Assembly (NCBI GenBank): GCA_963669175.1
Contig: OY769902.1
Coordinates: forward strand, 4,128,001 to 4,192,000
Direction: 5' to 3'
Source of the DNA: a bacterium
GTDB lineage: Bacteria > Electryoneota > Electryoneia > Electryoneales > Electryoneaceae
DNA length: 64,000 nucleotides
The notes below the pieces were generated by a model. It was not told the origin of the DNA and did no database searches. It was given only the letters and a program-made list of their open reading frames with translations. Positions 10,285 to 19,545 of this stretch are shown here, piece after piece. The translations under genes were made by a program, and so were the position numbers. Positions within the stretch are counted from its first letter, which is position 1. Each line of letters opens with the position of its first letter.

Positions 10285-11871
10285 GTGCGGGGTTTACAAC
10301 GTCTTGCAATTATCCTGATGCTATGTGCTGTATTTGTTTCAGTGCAGGCTCAGACCGACGGTGATCCTCAGGATCAACGGGAAGATGCTACCGCCCCACC
10401 GCCGCAAATTGCCGGGGAGCTGGAGCTGGAGAAGGCCCTGTCGGAGCGGCTTGAAGAGATGCTTCAGCCACTGGTCGGACCAACGGTGGTCATGGTGGAC
10501 ATCACCCTCGGTGAGGTGCCCGTTGAATTGCAGGGGTACATTTACAGCCAGTCTCGCAGTCTGCCGGGATTACCGGTTTCAGTGAGTGAAGATGTTCGCA
10601 GAATGCAGGAATCCGGCTGGTATTTCAGTGAGATATCCAAAACCATTATTCATGTATTTGTTTCGGGATCCATGTCGGAACGTGAGATTGAACGTATACA
10701 CGAACTGATCCCGATCTGGATTTCTATCAATTCCAGTCGCGGTGACCAGATTATTATTGAACGATCACCATTCATCAATCCCCCGTTGACCCTTATTCAG
10801 TATCTATACTCGAAGCGAGGGTTGTGGACCGCAATCCTTATCCTTGCAGGCCTGATTGTGCTTGCCGGAGTTGTCTACTCCGCGATTTCCAGGTTTTCGC
10901 GCTACCGTATGGTGGAATCACCTGTCGGCCATGAGCAGGAAGGCGGCGGCGCTAGCATGTCCACCACAGACCTCGCCAAATTGTTGGGAATGGCAATGGG
11001 CGGTGGCAGCGGTGCTGGTGGTGTTGGCGGAACCGCGCCCGGCGGTGGCGTTGGCGGCGGGTCCGGCGGCGTTGGCGGCGGCGGTATTGGCGGCGGCGCT
11101 GGCGGTGCTGGTGGCGTTGGCGGAGGCGCTGGTAGCGATGCTGCGATATTGAGTCTGCCTGATGGTGAGATTCCCATCCGAATTGTGCGCGACAAGGAAT
11201 CAGAGGGGAAAAACCGTGGTGTTCTGGCAAAAGTAGCCAACATGAACGCACTTAGCCTCCTCAAATTGATCGAAGGAGAGAGCCCTGACTTTGCAGCGCT
11301 GGCGTTAACCTCGGCCAAGCCTGACATTGCCGGTAAAATTATTGGTGAACTACCGGAACAACAGAGAAAAGAGATCCTGGCTTATTGGGATATCCTGGAG
11401 AAAAACGATGCGGACAAGATCAACCAGATGGTTGAGCGTATCCGCAAGAAGCATACAACAGTCAGCTCTGTAGCCATTTCTCTTGGCGATGGGACCGCGA
11501 AGCTTTCGAACATCATCAACGCTCTGCCTGATCGTGAAGCGCAGGAACTTTACGCCAGCCTGACCAATGCTGATCCCGCCCTGGCAAAGCGTGTGCGCAA
11601 GAGTGTATTCTTCCTCAGCGACTTGATGAACCTGGAAGAGGCCACACTGAAACGTGTTGTTCTGCGTCTCCCGAACCCGACGCTCGCAGCTCTGATATCT
11701 ACTGCTTCAGATGATGTAAAGAATGTCGTATTCGCTTGTCTGTCACGACGGGCGATCAACATGGTGTCTGAGGAAATGGCCATGCGTCGTTCCAAGTCAC
11801 GTGACCGCATAGCCGAAGCAAAACGCACCTTCCTGGATACGTTGCAGCAGGTGCAGGAAACCAGTTTGTGA
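10285..11871 (+). CDS. Putative FliF(ring domain)-FliG fusion rotor protein
   Basis: Signal peptide; FliF-like segments (LEEMLQPLVGP..VDI; INSSRGDQIIIERSPF); one TM helix; Gly-rich linker; FliG middle (ESPD for EHPQ) and C-terminal domain (DPALAKRVRKSVFFLSDL..LSRRAINMVSEEM). GTG start follows GGAGGGG. Confidence 0.78.
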   Translation: MRGLQRLAIILMLCAVFVSVQAQTDGDPQDQREDATAPPPQIAGELELEKALSERLEEMLQPLVGPTVVMVDITLGEVPVELQGYIYSQSRSLPGLPVSVSEDVRRMQESGWYFSEISKTIIHVFVSGSMSEREIERIHELIPIWISINSSRGDQIIIERSPFINPPLTLIQYLYSKRGLWTAILILAGLIVLAGVVYSAISRFSRYRMVESPVGHEQEGGGASMSTTDLAKLLGMAMGGGSGAGGVGGTAPGGGVGGGSGGVGGGGIGGGAGGAGGVGGGAGSDAAILSLPDGEIPIRIVRDKESEGKNRGVLAKVANMNALSLLKLIEGESPDFAALALTSAKPDIAGKIIGELPEQQRKEILAYWDILEKNDADKINQMVERIRKKHTTVSSVAISLGDGTAKLSNIINALPDREAQELYASLTNADPALAKRVRKSVFFLSDLMNLEEATLKRVVLRLPNPTLAALISTASDDVKNVVFACLSRRAINMVSEEMAMRRSKSRDRIAEAKRTFLDTLQQVQETSL

Positions 11872-11881
11872 GGAAACGAGC

Positions 11882-12637
11882 ATGAAGCTTACATCTTTGT
11901 TTGGTCTGCTCATGGGCCTCGGACTGGTATTCGTTGCAATCATTTCCCGTGGCAGTCTGCTGCAGTTTATCAGTATTGAGTCCATCTTTATTGTGCTGGG
12001 TGGCACTGTCGGCGCCACTCTGCTGTCCTTCAACCGGGATCAGCTTGAAATTGCAATCCGCGCAATTCGTGTCGTCTTCTTCGATACCACTCCCCCACCG
12101 GATAACCTGATCCCGATTATGGTGGACCTGGTAAAACAGGCGCGTGTGAATGGTGTTGGTTCATTGGAAGTTCCTGAAGGCGAGGGCGAACGAAATGAGT
12201 TCCTCCACAAAGCAGTGGACATGCTGATTGACGGTATTGAACCGAGTGTCGCCGCTCAGATTTTGCAGGGCGAATCGGACGCTATCGCATCACGCTATCG
12301 TATGAGCGAGCGACTGTTCACAGTCATGGGCACATATACCCCTCTGTTCGGATTGTTGGGCACAGTCATCGGTCTGATCATCATGCTTTCCAGCGTAAAT
12401 GATCCCATGGCTATCCCGGGCGCGATGGCGGTTGCCATGTTGACCACATTTTACGGCGTTCTGTTCAGCGCCATGATTTTCCGTCCCATGGCGACCAAGA
12501 TTCGCGCATGGAACTATGATGAAATCCAACTGCGTGACCTGATTATCGAAACCATGATGCACATTTCTGAAGGTGTCAACTCGCAGATTTCGCAGGAACG
12601 TCTGCAATCGCAGTACCGTACCCGGAGGCGTGGCTAA
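11882..12637 (+). CDS. motA: Stator A subunit (MotA/PomA/MotP family)
   Basis: SIFIVLGGT, ARxxGxxxLE, PLFGLLGTVIGLI and AMLTTFYG motifs. Confidence 0.92.
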   Translation: MKLTSLFGLLMGLGLVFVAIISRGSLLQFISIESIFIVLGGTVGATLLSFNRDQLEIAIRAIRVVFFDTTPPPDNLIPIMVDLVKQARVNGVGSLEVPEGEGERNEFLHKAVDMLIDGIEPSVAAQILQGESDAIASRYRMSERLFTVMGTYTPLFGLLGTVIGLIIMLSSVNDPMAIPGAMAVAMLTTFYGVLFSAMIFRPMATKIRAWNYDEIQLRDLIIETMMHISEGVNSQISQERLQSQYRTRRRG

Positions 12638-13338
12638 TGGCAGGCCCTCGTCGCTGGAATCCCAAGAGAAGACGGGTCATCGAACCGGAACATGAAGGTG
12701 AACCCTGGCTGACCACGTATGGCGACCTGATGACGTTGCTGCTGGTGTTCTTTGTCCTGTTCTACATCTTTTCCGTAACGGGGCAAATGCCTTTCCTGAA
12801 AGAAGCGTTTGAACGCTTCCAGATGAAATCGGAAGCGCCCGCCGCACTTGACGCACAGGAATTTGAACAGATCGAGGAAGCCGGTGGTGAAATCGTCATT
12901 TCAATCCCTTCCAACGTCCTGTTTGACCTGGGACAAGCTGATATCAAACGGGAAGCGATGTATGTTTTGCAGGATGCGGTAAAACAGATCAAAGATCATT
13001 TGATAGATGCGCCACATGCGCAGATACGTGTGGAAGGCTACACCGACAACCTGCCGATCCATAATTACCAGTTCCGTTCCAATTGGGAACTCTCGGCTGC
13101 TCGTGCTATTGCTGTGGTTAAATACCTGATTGAAATTGAAGGATTTAAGCCCGAGCGTTTGCAGGCTATGGGGTATGGTGAGTACAACCCTGTCGTTCCG
13201 AATGATACCGCGGAAAACCGTCAGAAGAACCGTCGTGTTGAAATCAAGATTGTCAAATCTCCCGTTGACCAGAGCTTTGACGAGCTTTCCACGGGCGCAC
13301 CTTCTGGATTCCCATCGCAACAGGCGAGGAACGAATGA
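12637..13338 (+). CDS. motB: Stator B subunit (MotB/PomB/MotS family)
   Basis: WLTTYGDLMTLLLVFFV transmembrane helix with the conserved Asp; OmpA-like domain (VEGYTDN, NWELSAARA, NRRVEI). Confidence 0.93.
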   Translation: MAGPRRWNPKRRRVIEPEHEGEPWLTTYGDLMTLLLVFFVLFYIFSVTGQMPFLKEAFERFQMKSEAPAALDAQEFEQIEEAGGEIVISIPSNVLFDLGQADIKREAMYVLQDAVKQIKDHLIDAPHAQIRVEGYTDNLPIHNYQFRSNWELSAARAIAVVKYLIEIEGFKPERLQAMGYGEYNPVVPNDTAENRQKNRRVEIKIVKSPVDQSFDELSTGAPSGFPSQQARNE

Positions 13339-16300
13339 AGCGGGTACGCTGGCATCTTTTCCTGTTGCTTTTTCTTCCGCTCTGCACGTTTGCTCAGAGC
13401 CGGATTGATCTCTCCCCCTGGCCGGGAAACATGGCCTGGTTTGGTGAAGGCACCCAGCGTGTCGGTGTCGCCATCGCCTCCGGTGATATGAATGGCGACG
13501 GTCTCTGGGATGTGGCCATTTCAGCGCCGGGCACAAGAAACAACTCCGGTGATGTATATGTATTCCTGGGCGATGGAGTCACGTTCGATTCAGTTCGTTT
13601 TGATAATCCCGCTGCAGAAGCCAACCTTGTCATAGAGGGTACTGCCGGGTTACAGATCGGTGTCAAGCTGGTGATGGGTGATCTGAACGGTGACGGACGT
13701 GACGATCTGGTCATCGGCGCGCCCCATGCCGACGACAGTCGCGGACGAGTCTGGGTTATCTTCGGCAGCGCATCTCCTTCCGGGACGGTTACTGAACCGG
13801 ATGTTGAAATCTTCGGCAGTGCGGACGGCGATCACTGTGGACGCGCCATTGGTATTACCAACATCGGTGACGATGCCTACAACGACATTGTCATCGGCTC
13901 CCCCAATGCAGACCCTCGCCAGCGAGACAGCGCGGGACGTGTTGATGTTATCGCCGGACGGGCTTCCTGGCCGGAAAACATATCCCTTTCTACACAGGCA
14001 TCGACTGTAACCGTATTTGGCGGCCAGACCGGTGAACAACTGGGTGAAGCCATCAGCGTCTGCCCCATTTTCCAGGGGACATTACTGGGCAACAACCTTA
14101 ACGGCGACGGGTATGGCGACCTGATTATCGGCGCTCCGGGACGAACCTACGCAGGGCGTACTGGCGCTGGCGCTGTCCATATTTTCGTCACCCCGGAAAG
14201 CCTGGCAGATACGGTAGACCTTACCACTGACAACGTCCCACTTCTGCAAGACTACCGTCAGCTCGGCGGCGCACAGACCCTGGATCTGACCGGCCGCGCT
14301 ATCGCTTCGTTTAACACAACGGGAATTCGTGGTGTCCTGATCGGCGCTCCGGCAGCGTTGCAGGACGGAGTGCGTGGCGGCGCTTTTTATTATATCACCT
14401 GGGATGAGATCAACACGGCCGCTCCTTGGGCAGATCTTCGGCAGGCAACCTACTTCCGGGTGAAATTTACCGGCGCGGCGGAGGATGATTCACTCGGCGC
14501 AGCGGTTGCAGGTATTGATGAGCTGATGATGGCGGCAGCGCCCGGGGCGAATTACCGGGCACGGGAAGAAGCCGGGCAGGTGGTTGCGATAACCGACAAC
14601 CCGATTCTGACAGGCATAATCCGTGTCGATACCCTTGACGCCAATGTCCGTCACTTTTTCGGTGCCGGTGCGGGCCATGACCTCGGTCGCTCACTGACCA
14701 TTGCTGATCTCGATGACGATGGCATCTTTGATCCCATCATGGGATCACACTCCCATACAGACTATGCCGGGGCTGTTCACGCCGTACGTGGCGGGCTGCC
14801 CTATTTCTTCAACATTTACCCGGCGCCGGGACAGGGAAATATTCCCAGCGAAGATACCCTGTCTTTCCGCATCAGTGATGATGAAACAGGAATTGCGACA
14901 GCCAGTTTTATCATGATCCTGGATGGCATCACGTACAACATTAACCATCCTGGTGTCAGCTACGAGATGAACGACGGGATCTATTCCTTTGAGCTGGTCC
15001 CGGAAGAACCCTTTGATATCAATGTTCCGATCAACGTGATCACCCATATCACAGACACACAGGGTAACCGTTCACCGCTCTGGTATTACCAGTTCATCAC
15101 CGGTCAGGATGTCACTGCGCCGTATCCCACTCAATTCTCCCCCGCACCGGGCGAAGTAAATGTCGCGACCACACGTGACATCGCCTTCAGTCTGCGTGAT
15201 GCCGGAGATGGTGTTGACAGCACGACAATCATGGTCGTGATTGATACGGATACGGTCCGCCAGGGCGATCCAGAGATGAGAATCAGCGGTTCCATTTCCA
15301 ATTACCGTGTCGTGATCAATCCCGAGTCTTCCTTGCCGCCAGACGCACAGATTGACGTACGAATTGAAGCGGCTGACCTTACGGAGCCATCCCCCAATTG
15401 GATGACACCGTACGATTATTTCTTCTTTACCTCACTAGATACAATTCCGCCGGAACTGGTTTTCATTTACCCGGAACCGGGCGTAACGATTGATGTCGGA
15501 ACCAAAATCAATTTCAGAATCATTGATACCGGATCAGGGGTAAATGCAGATTCTACCAAAATCCTTCGCACTCAGCAAAGTGGTGAAGAATACGGCGATC
15601 TGTTATTCGAAGCCATCTCACAGGGATACGCGTTCGTTCATAATCCTGAGAATAATCCCTATGATTCCGGGCTGTTGCAACTGACGGCACAATCACGTGA
15701 CCTGGCTGATGATCCCAATATCATGGAGGATTCAACCTGGTCCTATAATGTCATTGTGGATAACCGTGCGCCTGAACTGACTGAAGCGATACCGCACCCG
15801 GATAGTGTGGGATCAGCACGAAACACGCCGATTACCCTGACCATCATGGATAACGCGGCGGGGATCGACTCCACCACCTTGCAACTCGAAATTGATAATG
15901 TCTTTATCGCCCATCGCAATATCATCTGGGAACGCATCGAGCATCTTGGTTACCGGATTACCTACCAGCGTTCAGAAGGCATATACGGCGACAGTGTGAT
16001 CGTCCACCTGAACGTGTTTGACAAAACAATCCCGGACGGTATCGAACTGGATACCACATATATTTTCTATCCCGAGAACGATGATGAGCCGCCTTATTTC
16101 CTACTGGTTGATCCGCCGCAGGGATCGGAAGGTGTATCTGTGGAAGATTCCCTGATATGGGAAGCCGCGGACGACATGACCGGAATCGACCCATCCAGCG
16201 CCTACATCTCGATCAACAATGCGGACCATTCCGTACTGTTGCGATACAATACCCACCCTGTCACCCAGGGCGCACAATACAGGTTCGTCTATACTCCGCC

Positions 16301-18005
16301 GTTATCGCTGCCTTATGAGGATACGGTCAGTGTCCGCTTCGGCATCAGTGATAACGAGGAACCGTCCAATGACGCGATCCTCGTGTATGAGCTGTTTACC
16401 GAGCCGGATGAATACCCGCCCTACCTGACCAATTTGAGCCCGTATCCGGGACAGATCGGCGTATCTCGTGGCGCGGATATCGTGTTCCATGTTCTGGACG
16501 CCGGGGTTGGTGTGGCGCGTGATTCGCTGCATCTCGCCATTGATGGAATCGCCGTAGCCAATGAGAACATCTACTGGGAAGAGGTTGAACAGGGATATGC
16601 TTTCCGTTACAATCCGCCTGGTCTGTTCGGTCATACGGATACAGTGCATGTATCCGTGACCTGCTATGACCTGGCAACCTCACACAACCGTATGGATGAA
16701 TCTTACTGGTTTGTCACGCTCCGAGATGACCGTGAACCTCCCTACATGGAAGAGGAACAACCGGCTGATTCTTCCGGAGGTGTATCACCAGATATTATCC
16801 TCAGTTTCGACCTGAAGGATGACGGCGAAGGTGTCGATACCAGCTATACTACAATCCAGAACATGGACGATCCCCTCTGGATAGCGACACGTGAAGTAAC
16901 ACCTATCATCAACGGTTTCCACTATGTGCTGGCCCCGGCAACCGATTTCCTGTACAGCGATACGGTGACGATCGGCGTGAACGCTCGTGATCTTGCAGAA
17001 CCGGCGAATGTGACACCGAATCCGTTGACATTCTCTTTCTACACCCAGTTGGATGACGCTTCCCCCTTCTTTACCGAGCTGCAACCTGCGCCGGACTCTA
17101 GTATTACCTATAACCGTCCAGTCAGCTTTGAAGTTATCGATATGCTCGCCGGGGTTGACACATCCGATGTCCACATCTTCATTGATTCGGAAGAAATCAC
17201 GAATAACAGTGACGATTACGAAATCCTTATCGAGGAAACAGCCGACGGCTGGCGGTATACCTATACGCCGTACGATGGTTGGAATGTGAGCACAACCTAT
17301 TCTGTGACGCTTTCCGCTGCCGACTATTCCAATATTCGCAACGAGATCGATTCAACCTACCAGTTTGAGGTCATTCCTGACCTGGTCGCGCCGTATGTAA
17401 ATAGTTTTGCGATTGTCCGACTGGTTAACGATACTCTTGCTGTGGTTGACAGCACCAGCATCACCCTTGACGATTACCTCTATTTCGAAGTGCTGGATGA
17501 CGGCATCGGGGTAGATGCGAATTCGATCCGTCTCGAACTGGGCGGACGTAACGCCCCGGAACCAGTTCTTACCCAGGAGCTGGAAACCGGTTACTATCGT
17601 GTGTACCGATTGAGCGACTGGAATTCTGTCGGTCCACAGTACCTATTCCCCGGCCAGCAGGTGCAGGCATATATCAGCGCTCGCGACCTGTCGGTTCCGG
17701 AAAACACGCTGACTCGTGACAAGCATACGTTCTATATTCCACCTCCCGATGTGGAGCTGCTGGTCATTCCAACGACCATTACTCCGAACGGTGACGGTGT
17801 CTGGGATGAAGCGCTGATCTATCATAAGGGATCTTCATCGGCTTCCGTGGATTTCTTCGACATGCGCGGGCGTAAAGTTGCTACAGTCCAGGGCAACCCG
17901 GCAAGCTGGAACGGCAACGATGACAGCGGCGAACCCGTACCGGGTGGATTATACATCTTCCAGGTCAGCGGCGGTGGCCAGGGCACAATTGCGGTGGCAC
18001 GATGA
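13335..18005 (+). CDS. Large surface protein: FG-GAP beta-propeller, ~9 Ig-like repeats and gliding-motility-associated (T9SS type B) C-terminal domain
   Basis: Signal peptide; GDxNGDGxxDxxIGAP repeats; recurring DxxPP..PxPG..F.I.D..GVD units; C-terminal ITPNGDGVWD..FDMRGRKV..WNG..GLYIF. Confidence 0.85.
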   Translation: MKRVRWHLFLLLFLPLCTFAQSRIDLSPWPGNMAWFGEGTQRVGVAIASGDMNGDGLWDVAISAPGTRNNSGDVYVFLGDGVTFDSVRFDNPAAEANLVIEGTAGLQIGVKLVMGDLNGDGRDDLVIGAPHADDSRGRVWVIFGSASPSGTVTEPDVEIFGSADGDHCGRAIGITNIGDDAYNDIVIGSPNADPRQRDSAGRVDVIAGRASWPENISLSTQASTVTVFGGQTGEQLGEAISVCPIFQGTLLGNNLNGDGYGDLIIGAPGRTYAGRTGAGAVHIFVTPESLADTVDLTTDNVPLLQDYRQLGGAQTLDLTGRAIASFNTTGIRGVLIGAPAALQDGVRGGAFYYITWDEINTAAPWADLRQATYFRVKFTGAAEDDSLGAAVAGIDELMMAAAPGANYRAREEAGQVVAITDNPILTGIIRVDTLDANVRHFFGAGAGHDLGRSLTIADLDDDGIFDPIMGSHSHTDYAGAVHAVRGGLPYFFNIYPAPGQGNIPSEDTLSFRISDDETGIATASFIMILDGITYNINHPGVSYEMNDGIYSFELVPEEPFDINVPINVITHITDTQGNRSPLWYYQFITGQDVTAPYPTQFSPAPGEVNVATTRDIAFSLRDAGDGVDSTTIMVVIDTDTVRQGDPEMRISGSISNYRVVINPESSLPPDAQIDVRIEAADLTEPSPNWMTPYDYFFFTSLDTIPPELVFIYPEPGVTIDVGTKINFRIIDTGSGVNADSTKILRTQQSGEEYGDLLFEAISQGYAFVHNPENNPYDSGLLQLTAQSRDLADDPNIMEDSTWSYNVIVDNRAPELTEAIPHPDSVGSARNTPITLTIMDNAAGIDSTTLQLEIDNVFIAHRNIIWERIEHLGYRITYQRSEGIYGDSVIVHLNVFDKTIPDGIELDTTYIFYPENDDEPPYFLLVDPPQGSEGVSVEDSLIWEAADDMTGIDPSSAYISINNADHSVLLRYNTHPVTQGAQYRFVYTPPLSLPYEDTVSVRFGISDNEEPSNDAILVYELFTEPDEYPPYLTNLSPYPGQIGVSRGADIVFHVLDAGVGVARDSLHLAIDGIAVANENIYWEEVEQGYAFRYNPPGLFGHTDTVHVSVTCYDLATSHNRMDESYWFVTLRDDREPPYMEEEQPADSSGGVSPDIILSFDLKDDGEGVDTSYTTIQNMDDPLWIATREVTPIINGFHYVLAPATDFLYSDTVTIGVNARDLAEPANVTPNPLTFSFYTQLDDASPFFTELQPAPDSSITYNRPVSFEVIDMLAGVDTSDVHIFIDSEEITNNSDDYEILIEETADGWRYTYTPYDGWNVSTTYSVTLSAADYSNIRNEIDSTYQFEVIPDLVAPYVNSFAIVRLVNDTLAVVDSTSITLDDYLYFEVLDDGIGVDANSIRLELGGRNAPEPVLTQELETGYYRVYRLSDWNSVGPQYLFPGQQVQAYISARDLSVPENTLTRDKHTFYIPPPDVELLVIPTTITPNGDGVWDEALIYHKGSSSASVDFFDMRGRKVATVQGNPASWNGNDDSGEPVPGGLYIFQVSGGGQGTIAVAR

Positions 18006-19453
18006 GAAGGCGTGGATTATCAAGAGGCCTGCAAGTCCTGATCAGCGTTTCACTGCTGGTTCTGCTGTTCTCCGCCCTGCCGACTCATGCGGCGTTTGAA
18101 GTGCTTCCGGGTAAACGTGCAACCGCGCTAGGCGGCGCTGTAGTGGCATCCGGCGGCGATCCGATGGGCTTCTACATCAATCCAGCCTCGATTGCCTGGG
18201 GCACAGTCACCTCGGTTGAAACCTTCTACATGAAGCCATTCTGGGGACTCGACGGCGATGCGCTGTCACGTTCGGCGATAAGCGGTTACGGCAGCCTCGG
18301 CGACTGGGGCGCTATCGCGCTTGGTTATGACCAGTTCGGCAGCGATCTATATAGTGAAAACCGTACGCTGTTGAGCTATGCCCGTAAACTCACGATGTAC
18401 GAACGCATGTTCACCGTGGGCGTTTCGCTTGAATTCCTGGGCCGCAAATATGCCGAGACAGAATATACCGCCATCGACCCGCTGTTCATTGAATATGGCT
18501 ATTCCAAGCGTTCTGTAGGTATCGACATCGGCATGCAGATGCGCCTGACCTCACGTATGACTGCGGGGCTGGCAATCCGTCGTATCAACAAACCGAACCA
18601 GGCGCTGGAAGACGGTGTGGATGATCCGCTGCCCCGTGAAATCCAGGCGGGTGTATCCATGCGCTTCACCCGTTTCATGCTGTATACGGATATTGAGTAC
18701 CGCGACCGTTCGCTCAACGGTGCAGACGTTTCGCCTCGACTGGGCGTAGAATTTCCGCTGTTCAACAATGCGCTGCACTTGCGTGGCGGCGGCAACCGAG
18801 ACGAAGTTGCGCTTGGCTTCGGGCTGAATATCTGGAAACACGACAGCGAAAAGAGCTACATGAGCAGTGCGGATGAGTCCGGCGCTCGTGAACGCAGGCG
18901 CGATATCAAAAACGCCACTTTGCGTGTCGGGTATACGTTCCGCTTCCCTATCGGAGGTGTGAGCGGCACTATCGGCCACCATATGCTGGGTATCGATTTT
19001 TACTTCGAACGGAAGCGTACGGTAATGGAACGGGTGCGTCAACCGCGTCCGGTCCAGGTGCCCCAGATTATCGTGGAAACGGATACGGTGCTGGTCGAGA
19101 AACCGGTGCTGGTGCATGAATTCGTTGAAGACACCAGCAAGGTGGAACTGCTCGAGGCCCGGATCACCGACCTTGAATCACAGCTTTCCCAACTGGTAAA
19201 CATGAACACGGCCATCCGTGAAGTGGAAATCGCTCAACGCCTGTTCTTGCAGAAAAACTACCAGGAAGCCCTGAATGCCTGCGACCGTGCCACCCGCCTC
19301 GTCCCCACACTGGCCCTCGCCTGGGTACAGAAAGGCTCGATCTACTACGCTATGGGACGCTACGGCGATGCCCGGACCGCGTGGAACCGAAGCCTGCGCC
19401 TCGATCCGAAACGGGATGATGTGAGGCAGTATTTGAAGCAGTTGCCGGAGTAA
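18002..19453 (+). CDS. PorP/SprF- or PorV-like outer membrane beta-barrel with C-terminal coiled coil and TPR
   Basis: Signal peptide, GKRATALGGA..FYINPASI motif, amphipathic strands ending GHHMLGIDFYF, then TPR (AWVQKGSIYYAMGRYGDA..LDP). Confidence 0.75.
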   Translation: MRRRGLSRGLQVLISVSLLVLLFSALPTHAAFEVLPGKRATALGGAVVASGGDPMGFYINPASIAWGTVTSVETFYMKPFWGLDGDALSRSAISGYGSLGDWGAIALGYDQFGSDLYSENRTLLSYARKLTMYERMFTVGVSLEFLGRKYAETEYTAIDPLFIEYGYSKRSVGIDIGMQMRLTSRMTAGLAIRRINKPNQALEDGVDDPLPREIQAGVSMRFTRFMLYTDIEYRDRSLNGADVSPRLGVEFPLFNNALHLRGGGNRDEVALGFGLNIWKHDSEKSYMSSADESGARERRRDIKNATLRVGYTFRFPIGGVSGTIGHHMLGIDFYFERKRTVMERVRQPRPVQVPQIIVETDTVLVEKPVLVHEFVEDTSKVELLEARITDLESQLSQLVNMNTAIREVEIAQRLFLQKNYQEALNACDRATRLVPTLALAWVQKGSIYYAMGRYGDARTAWNRSLRLDPKRDDVRQYLKQLPE

Positions 19454-19545
19454 ACCCGAATATACTGTATATTAAAATTTCTTCCTCGATTATCCTTGCG
19501 ACAGTTTCCTATCGTATTTATCTTTAGTTAGAGGAGGGTGAATTC

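Noticed and set aside
11882-13338. ZorAB (Zorya) or ExbBD/TolQR interpretation of the stator pair
   Set aside because: MotA has no long ZorA tail and there is no zorC/D/E; MotB has the flagellar-type W..TY.D helix plus an OmpA domain; a FliG-like gene is adjacent.
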